A stretch of 64,000 nucleotides of DNA from assembly GCA_977862235.1 (NCBI GenBank), contig OZ374564.1, forward strand, positions 1,860,001 to 1,924,000, given 5' to 3'. The position numbers and the translations under genes were made by a program. The notes under the pieces were generated by a model. The model was given only the letters and a program-made list of their open reading frames with translations, was not told the DNA's origin and ran no database searches. This document shows positions 10,851 through 22,157 of the stretch, piece by piece; positions within the stretch are counted from its first letter, which is position 1; every line of letters begins with the position of its first letter. The stretch is from Dudresnaya verticillata (lineage: Eukaryota).

Positions 10851-11509
10851 CGCGGATAACTTTGCTCGCGATTGGCACATTGGAAGCGATCGCGGCCTTG
10901 CGGCTCCGCAAGGAATGGGCGCTCACGCGATGGCACACGTGTGTTGGTTCTCGGCCTGGAACGGTCGGTTGTCATGGAAAAGATTTTGGCAAGATGACTA
11001 GCGGGTTTGCTGGCTCACAGACAGCTCGGCTGTGGGTTGTTCCTCGGCTGGCAGCTTTGAAGGGGCAGATTAGCAGGTTTTCTCCATAGACAGTAGTGCC
11101 ATAAATGCCAGAGCCCTTCGGAGCAGACCCCACCTGGAGTGGAGAAAGTCGCCCAAGGTGCGTCGCCAACCTACTCACTCTGGCATGCTCGCGCCCGCTT
11201 CCTTTTCCCAGTCGCACACTTTCCCTTCGTAACGCTGCGCGCCTCGAGTTACAGCATATTAGGGTACGTCTTTGGTGACTCAAACAAGCCTTGTGGGCGA
11301 CGGAACACTAGACTGGGTACTGCAGAGCGCTGCTACAGTGTGACGACGTCAGATCAAGAGGTGGACGGTCACTTTAAAGCCGGCCTTAGAGCACTGGAAA
11401 ATACTGTCGCAGCGCCAAAAACTTAATTGGCAATCGGGGTGCTGATCGTGACCTGTCTGGTGGGGAATTTGACGCTTCCAATGCTGAGAGCATCCCGAGT
11501 ATCGAAACA

Positions 11510-11900
11510 CTTTCAAAGCTCTTTCATGCTGCACCGATCGTGTGATAACTTAGACTCTGGCGCGCTGTCCTAGCGTCGGAACTGGGCGCTCCGCAACGAA
11601 AAAAGGGGATTGCGAGGGAGGCGGACGTCTGTCTGTCGGAGTGTCCTGTCTTTGCCTGCAGTGTGGTAGTAAACCCTATTGAGTGTTTCTGCGACGCGAC
11701 GCATTTGCGGCTCATTTGACTCCCGTTCCCGGCTTTTATGCATTGTGTCCAGCAAAAGTCAGCTTGTCAACCGCTTGGCTCACCTTCTTCCCACATCGTA
11801 TTACCCACATTTATCTGCACTTTCCACCGTGCTACATCCTGCCTCACTCGCTCCCTCAATGTCACGCACCTGATACACGTATATTACGCAGAAAAAGTTC
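11510..11900 (+). repeat. Dispersed ~380-bp repeat, copy 2
   Basis: Direct-orientation diverged copy of 7470-7850; the ORF-track translations also match (MHCVQQKS.CQPL). Confidence 0.85.
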
Positions 11901-12170
11901 ATGAGCTACACTACGCCATTTACACGAATGTCAGAAAATTAGTTGTGAATGTACAGCTCAAGGTCTGCAAGGTCCTCGACGGCTCAATTTCAAGAAAGAA
12001 AGATGTGCTAGGCAAGTGGGGCGTATATAAACACTACCAAGCTGAGCCTGGGACCGGGAGCCCCCTATACAGTACCAGAAAGAGCCTGCAGCAAGCATTG
12101 ATAGCGACATCGAGAGCAAAATCCTTGGCAAGCAGATGTTGACACCAGGCGCTGAGCACATCCTGAATAG

Positions 12171-13466
12171 TTACATGCTCGGTTGAGCCTTCCCCCTGTC
12201 CTCAGCATCCTTCCAAAGACTCCACCAATATCTGCAAGTGAACGCCGCTTCAGGAAAGCCGCGGACGCACACTAGATCTGTCCCGCAGCACTTTGTTTCA
12301 GCGGTACACGGAACACCCTCACTCAAACAGTTCCCTTCTCCTCCACTGCCGTTATCGCCGGAGGCAGTCTCGTTGATGCTCTTCTCAAGCTCCTCCTCTG
12401 CTTCTTCCCTGAAGCCATCAGGGTCATTCTTGACTTCCTCCTCGGCGCTGGGCTCGTCTGAATCACCATCCGGTGGAGGTATCCCTACCGCCCTGACCGG
12501 GCCGGCAGACTTGCCATCAGCGGTAATCTGGACGTCAGCGCAGCTCCAAAACTCCTCTGGATTGTTCTGACCGCCACACTCAGCCATTCCCTTGACGTGA
12601 GCACCCCTAGCGCCACCATCCCCCTCGCAAGTTGTGCCGAACGGGTTGCCCAAGTTCTCAAAATAGGCCAGGAAGCCGCGAGGTGCGCAGGAGTTGGCAG
12701 TTGCCCAGTACCACTGAACGACGCAATGCTTGCATGTGACGCCGGGCGGAAGCCTGTATCGCATGGTACCGGAAGACCCGCCGACGATATGCTTGCTGAC
12801 ATGGCCACCCTTGCGACACGGCAGGTACCAGCGACCGAGGTAAGCAGGGTCAACTGGTCCGCACTCAAAGTTAGTGTTGACATCCTTACTCTGGCAGTCC
12901 GGGTGGGACACGCGCTCGAGCTTGTAGCAATGGCCACCAGTGAAGCATTTTGCGTCGATGTCTGCTGTACCGCACTTGTCAAGGTTGCAAAGGAAGAATT
13001 CAAAGTAGCCATTGTGGTTGGTGTCGATCTCGGCAGTAAAGTCGACAACGCCGCCTGTCTTCCAGTTCGAGACGATGGGGACCGTCTGGTAGGGCATCCA
13101 GTCACCGCCGATCATGTGGTCGTCGGCACCCTTCGGGTCGCCGCAGAGCCCAGCGCCAGCAGCACTGCCGGAGAAGTCACCAATTGGGTCATACACCTTC
13201 CATCCAGTGGAGGGGAGATGAGCGTTGACGGTGGCCTTGTTTCCACCGTTGAGGCAGTGTGAGCAGTAATCTGTGAGTAGCTCGGAGAGCGGCGGAGTGG
13301 GCGGGGAAGGAAGGTTCGACCCACAGTACGTTGAGTGGTAGGCGGCGCGCTGGCGCGGCGTGCACATCATACCGTGCGAGGCGGCCAGGGTGGACATCAG
13401 CGCCAGCACGTAGAAGAAAGCAATCAAGAGCAGGGTGGGCATTTGCCCGACTTGGCCTTGACGCAT
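12171..13466 (-). CDS. Secreted lytic polysaccharide monooxygenase (AA15/AA10-like) with acidic linker and C-terminal Cys-rich module
   Basis: Hydrophobic signal peptide ending LAAS|HGMM gives an N-terminal His; second His in TNHNGYFEF; CVVQWYWATANSC; EEFWSCADVQI with axial Phe. Start at ATG 13466 or 13442. Confidence 0.88.
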   Translation of the reverse strand: MRQGQVGQMPTLLLIAFFYVLALMSTLAASHGMMCTPRQRAAYHSTYCGSNLPSPPTPPLSELLTDYCSHCLNGGNKATVNAHLPSTGWKVYDPIGDFSGSAAGAGLCGDPKGADDHMIGGDWMPYQTVPIVSNWKTGGVVDFTAEIDTNHNGYFEFFLCNLDKCGTADIDAKCFTGGHCYKLERVSHPDCQSKDVNTNFECGPVDPAYLGRWYLPCRKGGHVSKHIVGGSSGTMRYRLPPGVTCKHCVVQWYWATANSCAPRGFLAYFENLGNPFGTTCEGDGGARGAHVKGMAECGGQNNPEEFWSCADVQITADGKSAGPVRAVGIPPPDGDSDEPSAEEEVKNDPDGFREEAEEELEKSINETASGDNGSGGEGNCLSEGVPCTAETKCCGTDLVCVRGFPEAAFTCRYWWSLWKDAEDRGKAQPSM

Positions 13467-13597
13467 TTTGCGCTAGCGTGGTGTCGCAGTAGCCGGAGAC
13501 TATCTTTGTTTGTGTGTGTGTCTGTGTGTGTATCAATAGATGGAGGAGGTGGTGGGCGATGATGACGAAGAAGCGAAATGCGAGCATGCAAGCGAGG

Positions 13598-13606
13598 TTT
13601 ATATAG
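13598..13606 (-). promoter_or_regulatory. Candidate TATA box of the LPMO gene
   Basis: CTATATAAA on the minus strand ~130 bp upstream of the ATG, in otherwise GC-rich DNA. Confidence 0.45.
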
Positions 13607-16600
13607 CTCCAGCGGAGCAACTCGAAACGGGATGCGCTCGCATGCTGCTGCTACCGGAACGCTGCCACACAAAATGCAACGAAGCGAATACAGCGGTGCT
13701 CGTGGACCGTCGCGACCGGCGGCGGTGCTGGAGGGCAGATGAGGAGCGAGAGCGATAAGAGAAGAGAGCTGCGACAATCGCAACGCAGCGCGGTCTGGTG
13801 TGGCCCTGATCGTGCGGATCAGGCAACGGCGTGGCCAGCCGGGACGGTGAACGCGGCGCGGCGATCGGCCGTGATAGGCCACGCGGCGAGTCGAGGGGCG
13901 CGCGAGTAGTGCAGTACGTTGTCCGTGTGCGGAGGTCGGGACAGGACGGGCGGAACGGGGAATGCATTGGGGCGCACACGTGACGGACTCCGTCGGTGTC
14001 TGCGTCGCCGGGAACGTGAGCGCGTTGGTGATTGCAGTGGCCGCGCTGGGCATGGGGGACACGAAGGCCACGACGGAGCGTGTTCTGCTCATGTGAGAAC
14101 ACTCGCGCGGTCTGGAAGTAGTGGTGCGGAGCAATGTGGCCGGACTGAACAAGTCCTATGGGTCGGGCAGTCTGCGCCGCTCGGTGCGAGGGCGGGCTCG
14201 TTTTAGCTGCGGGATTGTGCGTTGAATCAGAGATTGTTGGTGGAAATTCAAATGAAATGCATTGGAATGTGTGCGTCAGGAATGGGACGTATGGAATGGA
14301 GATCAGACCTCGGTACCCATTTGTCAAATTCACCGGCGAGAGGAAGCGCGAGTAACCAGGACAGCCACGCCACAAAAACTCCTCAGGGAGGGAGTTCATG
14401 AGTTGGACAGGAGCCAGCGAATGACAGTTCAGATTCGCGCGAGCTCTTTTGCGGACTTCAGGATCAAGGCACTGCGAGCAAGGCGGACCGCTGGGGATCG
14501 TCGGGCTTGGGTTTTCGGAATAGGGAAAAGTTGAGCAAGATTGTTGCTAGGATGACGGAGGTGCAGCTTCCAGTCTCGAACAAAGACACTCCGGGCGACG
14601 AACTGGTTGTGTGGCCAGTGTGATGCGCTGGCAAGTGGAGCAGAAAGCATTGTCAAGAGCTACGTGGGATGCAGCCAGGACGGGTTAGCTGGGCGAGAGA
14701 AGAGCGTTTCTGCAGAAACCCGGAAGCGAATTACATGTTGCGGCGGGCAACTCAGTGTGTGGGACGCTACCGCAGCAGCATCACGCACATGTCGCAACTC
14801 GGGGGTTGTCTGTCAGCCGCAGACGAAGGAAGGAGGGCAGTGATAGCGGACACGGTGTTTGTCCCAGAAGTCGATATGGTTCGCTCATCGCCCATGGCAC
14901 GGCTCGCTCGCCTTGCGGAACGTGGTTCCTGTCGGCCATTGGGAGGGCAGGAAGGCTTTCTCGCGGTGGTTTGAAGCTGGGGGCATGACAAATGTTGGGA
15001 CGAGAAGCTTTACGGAGTGCAGGTACTGTAACTTGTTTTTGGAGAAGACTGCGTCGAGAAAGTTGGTGCGCGTGTAATGGCAGTGTTTCTATCGTTGAGC
15101 GATGGAACAAGAGCGGCGGGAAGCGCCAAGGCCAGTTCGTGGGTTCAGGTGGCATGGGGGATAAGATAAGAGACAAGAGACTCGCGCATGGTGAATCACA
15201 CGAGAGTAATGTCAAGCAATTACTGGACGCACCGTTCCGCACACCGGGAGCGGTCAGAGCGTCCCTGAAGTGTGTCCGTGCAGCGTCTAATGTTACAGGC
15301 GCGTCATGCGTGGGAAGCCGTGGTCTCAGCGCTTGCCCTGCGTCAAGTACATGACATCTGGCTCCCACGAGATTGATATTTCTTACAGTGCAAACGACCA
15401 ACGCGCGACCTTTCCGGCTGAACTTGACGCGGCGGCAGCCACGTGGGGAGCAAGTACGAAGCACGTTTGAAGCGGCGTTCAACCGTTGAACTTCAACGTC
15501 GAAGCGTGCTATGGAGACGACGCTGAGAAGGCAGAGGGCAAGTCGGACTCACTCGTACCGTAGCATTTTGTTCCTTGCATACAGCCAGCCACTTCGCGCC
15601 GCGCTTAACAGTCAGCGCTCTCAGCATTGGCGCGCGGCAGGAGCAACCGGTCTCGTCGCGCTCGGCGCGTTTCAAGACGGGCATTCGGTTCCCAACAGCG
15701 CCCAGTGCCACTGTCGCCGAGACACGCATGGAGAGGCGGAGAGTGGATTTCTTTCAGGATGGGAGGCCCCGAGCATTCCCGGGTGCTTTCCACGCGACGC
15801 ATAACTACAGCGATCGAGGGTGTGGGTGGTCTGTATACGTTCTGCCGCCTGGCAGACGTGGAAGTTCACGCAGGCACGGGAAACTCGTCCCGCTCACGGA
15901 GCGAGCGAGCGCAGCCACGGGATCACGAACCGTTCCACGCTGAAGAGCAACGGCGGTGGCGTCGGCGCCGGTGTCGGAGCCAGCGGCCGGGAACGGTCGT
16001 GCGCGTGCGCGTGCGCGTTCACACGAGTGCTGTCTGATTGTTCGAGTCCTCTCGCATTGCGTGCACCCGCGCGTATTGTTACTGTATCAGAGAGACAACC
16101 CTCGCTCACCCATCACAACGCTCAGCCGCGACGGGCGACGATTGCACTGGCTCAGCGCGGGCGACGAGTCGCGGTGTCCAAAACGTGAGTGCGCGTCGCT
16201 GTGCATCACGTCACCCGCTTGCTCTCTCGCTCGTAGTCAGGCCTGAAGGCTATTTGCGTGGAACGGGTCGTGTCATGCCGGGGCCGTGGAATGTATGTTC
16301 GGAGTGTTAGGCAAGGAATATGCGGCCGGGTGCGGCAGCCAACCGCTGCGAGGAACAGCAATCTGCGAGCTTCCTGACGCCGAGTATTTTTAGCAACCTG
16401 CCGGAAAGTGTGGAACCGGATAGGATGCCCATGTCAAGGCGGCAGGCTGTCTGAGGCGCGCAGCAGCACGCCCAACATGCCCAGACCAGACCGGCATGTG
16501 TGTCTTACCAACCGCCAACCGCGGCTTTCGCAATAGCGGACAGAACGCACGAGCATAGAACACCCTCAGAGAGAGAAAGAGAGAGTCGTTCCGTCTCCTC

Positions 16601-18446
16601 CAGCCTGATGTCCGTGGGCGAGCGTGTGAGCGCGTTTGTTGCTTCAGGCATCAATTGCATCTCAACCTCTTCGAGAGGTGAAGAGCTGGGCAAGCAGCGA
16701 CGGCGACCAAGATTCCGGCCTCGCAGAGCGCCACAACGCGGCGTCAATCTCGACGCGTTTCGACGCGAGTGACGCGCAAACGCAGAGCAGCGGATCCACT
16801 CGTACACTGTGCGTCAATGCAGCAGGGGCGTGTGGCGGTCGGCGTCGGTCGGCGTCGGGGTCGAAGCGGCAACGGTGTGACGCCCCAGTTCAACCAAGGC
16901 ACCCGCGCCTGTGCGGACACTGTCCGTAGGCCACCTGTTCTCCCTGTCGCTCCTCTCCCTCTTGTTTGCCGGCTTCAATTGCCCCGCTGCCACGAATCCA
17001 GAGTGTGCACGCACGGTACGACCACGTCAATGCCGTTTGGAGGCACGCATATCACACCGATGCGTTGCGCAGCATTTCCAACACGCCCACGTCTGTTGCG
17101 CAAGCACAAAGACCAGTCCGAAGCACACTTCCCTCAGCAGGAGATGAACCCAGCACTCTGTCCCTCCATCCGACACGCCACGCCCATGTCCGCGCTGACC
17201 TTGCACGGCTGAGGACTGCGCTCCGGGCAAGCGACTCGGGCGCGTGTGCGCGGCTGACAGCAGCTGCGACTGCCCGTACAAGCATGCCGGGCAACACGGG
17301 CGCGCGCGCGTGCACGCTGCCCGCGGCGACAAGCGCTGTGGCGCACGCAGGCCTCGCCCGAAGGGGGCCACCTCTCCACCTCTGCCGGCTGGCTCTGCCG
17401 GTTCACGGGCCGCGGCGACGGCGCGCGGCGGCACGCTAGCGACATGCGGATCGGTGGGGTCCGGCACGGTGGCAGCGCGTGCACGTCGCCGGGTCTCAGC
17501 ACGTTGGCGCGGGCCAGGCACCGGGCGGAGATGACGAGGGCGGGGTGGGCGATGACATTGGTTGGTGTTGGCGGTGGGGATGCTCGGCCACGTAGTTGGA
17601 AGGCTTGGTCGGCAGCGCGGCTTCAGGGCGCAGTTCGCCTAGCAGGGTTTCCATGGCGGGTGTGCCGCTGAGGCACGCTATAGAGCACAGCGTCGGTCGT
17701 CGGTAGTGTCTTCTGGACAATGTGTGGGAGTGGGAGAGAGTGTCGAAGTGTTGTCGACTTGGGACCGAAACGGCAGACGTGCATCGAACGAGAAGGTTGA
17801 AGGTTGGATTATTGCGCGCTCGTTGGCTCTTCGACGCGCGAGGAGAACGTGCTCGACGGTGGTGCGGCGAGCACGCCTGCTCTGTCGGGGGGGTGCTCCT
17901 CGGCAATGGCGCAGCGCATATGCGAGTTGCGGAACAAGAGCGCGGCGCCTCTAATATAGTGTTACTGTGTCAATTACCAATTACAAAAGGCGCCGCGCAA
18001 TTGTCGATAATGACATACTTACAGTGCAATGGCCCGCACTGTAATCAAAATGGCCGCGCTCCCGGTCATAAAATGCACGAGGCGGCCCTGCCCACCAATT
18101 CGCGAGGGTCACGGCCAATGGGGGCCTCCAGAATGTCCCGTTGCCCTGTTGTGCGGCGGGCCTTGCTGCGTGATCCGTTTTTACCGAAACGCATCGCAGT
18201 CGCGCTGGTCCCGCCGCTGCTGCTGCTGAGACCGCCGCGAGCAGATCCCACGCTGCCTCAGCTTGCGTTTCAGCTTGCGTTTCGCGCTCGCGTGCCGGCA
18301 CGGACACAGTGTCCGTGTGCACAGCCCGATCCCGTCAGAAGCGTTGCCCGTCCCCATCCCCCCCCCCCTCCCCCCCCCCCGCCCGCCCGCCCGTTCCACC
18401 GCCCCGTTCCGCACCGTCGCACCCCGCCCGCGCCCCGCCACCAGCC

Positions 18447-19796
18447 ATGTCGAAGCCATCCGCCGCGCCGGCCACCACGGCCGTGGCGGCGCCCTCGCCA
18501 GCTCTGCACGTCGCGCAAACGCGCGCCTTCCTCGACTCGGTCTTCCACGCGTACCCGTCGTCCGACTTTGCCTTCCGGCTGTGGGACGGCACGCTGTGGC
18601 AGAAGCCGGGCGCGCCTTTGCGCGCCGCGCCGCGCTTCACAGTCGTGCTCAACCACCCCGCGGCCCTGCGCCGCATGTTCCTCCCGCCGTCCGACACCCG
18701 CCTCGCCCTCGCCTACACAAAGGCCGACTTTGACCTGCTCGGCGACGCGGCGCACGCCCTCTACCTCGGCAAGCACCTCTGGGACACCTGGTCCTGGCGC
18801 GACGCCTTCCGCAACGCGCTCCTGCTGCTGCGACTCCCGTCGTCCGCTACCAACGGCTCCGACCACACCGCCAACCTCTCCGGCGCCGTCCACTCGCAGA
18901 GCAGGGACAAGCGCGCTATCCAGTACCACTACGACGTCAGCAACGACTTTTACCGTTTGTGGCTGGACCGCCGCATGGTCTACTCGTGCGCCTACTTCCA
19001 CTCCCCCGACGAATCCATCGACGTAGCCCAGAAGCGCAAGCTCGACTACATCTGCCGCAAGCTTCGTCTCAAGTCTGGCGACCACCTGCTCGACATCGGC
19101 TGCGGCTGGGGCGCGCTCGTCATCTACGCCGCCAAGCACTACGGCGTAACCGCCCTGGGCGTCACCCTCAGCGAGAAGCAAGTCACCCTGGCGCGCGAGC
19201 GCGTCGCCGAAGAGGGGCTTACCGACTCGTGCACGATCGAGCTGCTCGACTATCGCAACGTTGATGAGACACAGCCGTTTGACAAGATCGTCAGCATTGG
19301 TATGGTTGAGCACGTCGGCCGCGAAAACCTCCGCACCTACTTTGACAAGGCGTATCGTCTGCTGCGCCCAGGTGGCACCTTCCTCAACCATGGCATCACC
19401 CTGCTCCACGACGAGTTCAAGTCCATCCGCGCCGTCAAGAACGGCTTCTTCGCAAAGTACATCTTCCCGGACGGCGATCTCCAGCCGCTCACCTACATCT
19501 TGCAGCATGCCACCGCGGCCAATTTCGAGGTACGGGATTTGGAGAGCCTGCGGGAACACTACGCCCTCACACTCAAGTGCTGGAGACTGCGCTTCGAAGA
19601 GCATGAAAAGGAAATAGTCGACATGATGGGCATGGAGTCGTACCGTTTGTGGAAGCTCTACCTCCTGGGTGCGGGCTGGGGCTTCGACTCCGGCCTCCAC
19701 TCAATTTACCAGACTGTCCTGTACAAGGGTAATGAGACTGGTTCTGCCAGGAGTGACTTGCCGCTCACTCGCGATGACTGGTACCAGGAGGATTGA
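18447..19796 (+). CDS. cfa: Cyclopropane-fatty-acyl-phospholipid synthase family SAM methyltransferase, 449 aa
   Basis: IQYHYDVSNDFY, MVYSCAYF, SAM motif LLDIGCGWG, SIGMVEHVG, YIFPDG, EHYALTL; ATG 18447 in GCCATG context; strong C-ending codon bias. Confidence 0.93.
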   Translation: MSKPSAAPATTAVAAPSPALHVAQTRAFLDSVFHAYPSSDFAFRLWDGTLWQKPGAPLRAAPRFTVVLNHPAALRRMFLPPSDTRLALAYTKADFDLLGDAAHALYLGKHLWDTWSWRDAFRNALLLLRLPSSATNGSDHTANLSGAVHSQSRDKRAIQYHYDVSNDFYRLWLDRRMVYSCAYFHSPDESIDVAQKRKLDYICRKLRLKSGDHLLDIGCGWGALVIYAAKHYGVTALGVTLSEKQVTLARERVAEEGLTDSCTIELLDYRNVDETQPFDKIVSIGMVEHVGRENLRTYFDKAYRLLRPGGTFLNHGITLLHDEFKSIRAVKNGFFAKYIFPDGDLQPLTYILQHATAANFEVRDLESLREHYALTLKCWRLRFEEHEKEIVDMMGMESYRLWKLYLLGAGWGFDSGLHSIYQTVLYKGNETGSARSDLPLTRDDWYQED

Positions 19797-20117
19797 GACT
19801 TAGGACGACTGCGTGCGTGGGTGCGTGACTTCTCGTACCACCGCCATCGAGTTCCACCGATTTGCAGTGCATGCGTGACTGCGGTCGGCAGAGTCTTCTC
19901 CGAGCAAGAGGACTGCTGAATCGAGCGGAAGATTGTGTCAATGTGCAACTAGTTGTTTTTCCGAGCACATCGAAGTAACAGCACTTCAAGGTTTGTTAAA
20001 ACCGCTCTTCATCTCTGTACCCAGATTCCATCTCGTTACGATATATCTCCCTCTTGTAATGCTGCAGTCAGAGTGCAAAGAGTGTCATCCTGATTCAAGT
20101 TTGCTCTAGAGCATATC

Positions 20118-20690
20118 TCAGACAAGGGATAACACGTTCAGAGAAGCGCTTGGCGAACGAAGCCGGGCTTCCTCAATGCAGACGCCTTCGGCTCTTCCAT
20201 ACGCCACCATCTTCAGGCCTGGTTGACAAGCCCCAGGTACTTGTAGCCTCTTGTCTGCCGAACTGCATACGAGCGCTACCTTCAAAACACAGCTGACCCG
20301 AGCGAATGGGCCCGAGCGAATGGAAGAAACAGTCCAATACTCTCCTTCGAAGCCCGACGCAGTCCAGCTCCGTCCGCAAATGGATTGCTTCGAAAAGCAT
20401 CCACGACTTCGCCGACACATCCTTAAAGTCGATCTGCCTGGAGGCGTAAATTCCATGTCGACAACAATGCCTAGCAGATAAACAGTGCAGTCATACAGCC
20501 ACGGTGCGTCAAGAAATGCTCTCCGCAATCTCACCTGTGATGTCATCCTAGAGGGAGACGTACGCGACCTGGATCGTCTGTTCCTGCGTGCGCACGCTGC
20601 CCGTAGCTGTCCCGCTGGTATTAATGAAGTCCCTTCACGAACCTACTGCAGTTCATCACGATGAAGTCTAGTGTAACTGGTGTATATTCA
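20118..20690 (-). pseudogene. Possible decayed BTB/POZ-domain gene
   Basis: Frame-hopping fragments MNCSRFVKGL ... VAYVSL*DDITGEIAE / AFLDAPWLYDC ... SWMLFEAIHLRTELDCVGLRRRVLDCFF resemble BTB motifs; several stops and frameshifts. Confidence 0.35.
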
Positions 20691-21197
20691 TGTAGCCCCC
20701 TACACACGTTTAGTTTTTCCCATTAGGTGGATGTCAAGGAGATGTTGCCACATCAGCTACGGGAAACAATCCCCACGCCTGTAGCCCCGTCTTGGTAGAG
20801 CAGGTAGGGAAAGTTGGGTCAAGGGCAGGTGTGGTCAACTGAATAGAGCGTTGAGGTTTGAATCTTGTTTACTGCCAGCTCTCCACCCCTTACAATTCTG
20901 ATTGCCTTCCACACAAAGCTACTCACCACTGGTAGTTGTCTCCTTCAGCTCCCAGCTCAAGACATAGCCGAGTGCTGCACAACTATGCAGGCGTTGGAAC
21001 ATCTTTACATTTGTACCTGTGCCTTCAGTCCACAGAAAATTATCTCACTATCTCCCCTGGTACCAGCACGGGGGAACACCAGGGTCAGGACAACACTGCC
21101 CCCAAAGCCTCATATCTCATCCCATCGCCCAATACCTCCGGTTACCGAAACGTTTCCGCTGAGTTCAGCTGTGAAACGTAGAATTGCTCAAAAGAAG

Positions 21198-22157
21198 TCA
21201 TAGCCCAGTGTTCGCTCTCCTCCGCCTTCTCCTCGGATCCAAGCCAAGCCCAGTGTTCGCTCTCCTCCGACTTCTCGTCGGTTCCCAGTCAAACTGCACT
21301 GTTTCCACATTGGTTTGCATTGTAGATAACACAGCATCAAACACTGCCCGAAGAGAGGCGTAGTTCGGGTCTTCATTGTACTCAAGGCTTGACACCATCT
21401 CGAAGTACCCCTTCATGTAAGGCATACCGGCACACATTCTTCGCAGTGGGAGGCTTGTCTTGAGGTTCAGGACCTTTTCATGAAGGTCCTCGTAGGTCCG
21501 GGAATGTACCTTGTCCCACGGCAAGCTGCCGTTGCGCAGAGATAGGAGTGTGTACCCGAGAGATTCCAGGTCGTCACGCCTTGAAAGTCTCAGTCCTCGG
21601 TGAGCATTGGCGGAGGCATAGTTTATTGTCCCATAGAAGCACCCGTCTTCGCGGAACGGATAATGTCCCCTATTGTTCCTGAACTTTTCCGCGAATCCGA
21701 AGTCTATCAGAGAGAGTTGGGAACCATCACCCCTACTCGTCAAGATGTTCTGAGGCTTGATATCCCTGTGAATGAATTTGCGAGAATGCAACGCTTCAAC
21801 AATGTTCAGGAGCTGCACTCCCATTTTGCACAGGGTCGCTTGAGACAACGTCCCTGCACATTCTCTCCTTCGGTCGGCTAAGGAAGGTCCAAGAAGAGGC
21901 ATGACCAACAAACTTGTCTCTCGGTCGCGCCCGAAATACGTCGGCTTCGGAATGCCAATAACTTCCGTTCTCCTGTGTATGTGGTTGTAAACCTTGTTCT
22001 CGTGCTTGAGTCGCTGTGGATGCGCGTGGAGAGGTTCGGTCTTCACGGCGTAGGCCACTCCCGAGTCTCGTCGAATCACCATGTAAACATCCCCGTAATT
22101 ACCCGAACCAATCCTCTGACCAAGGTAGTAGTTCCTTTCGAAGTAGCTGCGAGTCAT
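21198..22157 (-). CDS. Casein kinase 1 family Ser/Thr kinase, 319 aa
   Basis: IGSGNYG, AVKTE, HRDIKPQN, LIDFG, GTINYASAN, and the CK1 signature SRRDDLESLGY; first ATG at 22157 (MTRSYFERNY). Confidence 0.93.
   Translation of the reverse strand: MTRSYFERNYYLGQRIGSGNYGDVYMVIRRDSGVAYAVKTEPLHAHPQRLKHENKVYNHIHRRTEVIGIPKPTYFGRDRETSLLVMPLLGPSLADRRRECAGTLSQATLCKMGVQLLNIVEALHSRKFIHRDIKPQNILTSRGDGSQLSLIDFGFAEKFRNNRGHYPFREDGCFYGTINYASANAHRGLRLSRRDDLESLGYTLLSLRNGSLPWDKVHSRTYEDLHEKVLNLKTSLPLRRMCAGMPYMKGYFEMVSSLEYNEDPNYASLRAVFDAVLSTMQTNVETVQFDWEPTRSRRRANTGLGLDPRRRRRRANTGL

Noticed and set aside
18270..19700. 476-aa minus-strand ORF and the 434-aa ORF at 17722-19026
   Set aside because: Shadow ORFs of the GC3-rich cfa gene; no domain motifs.
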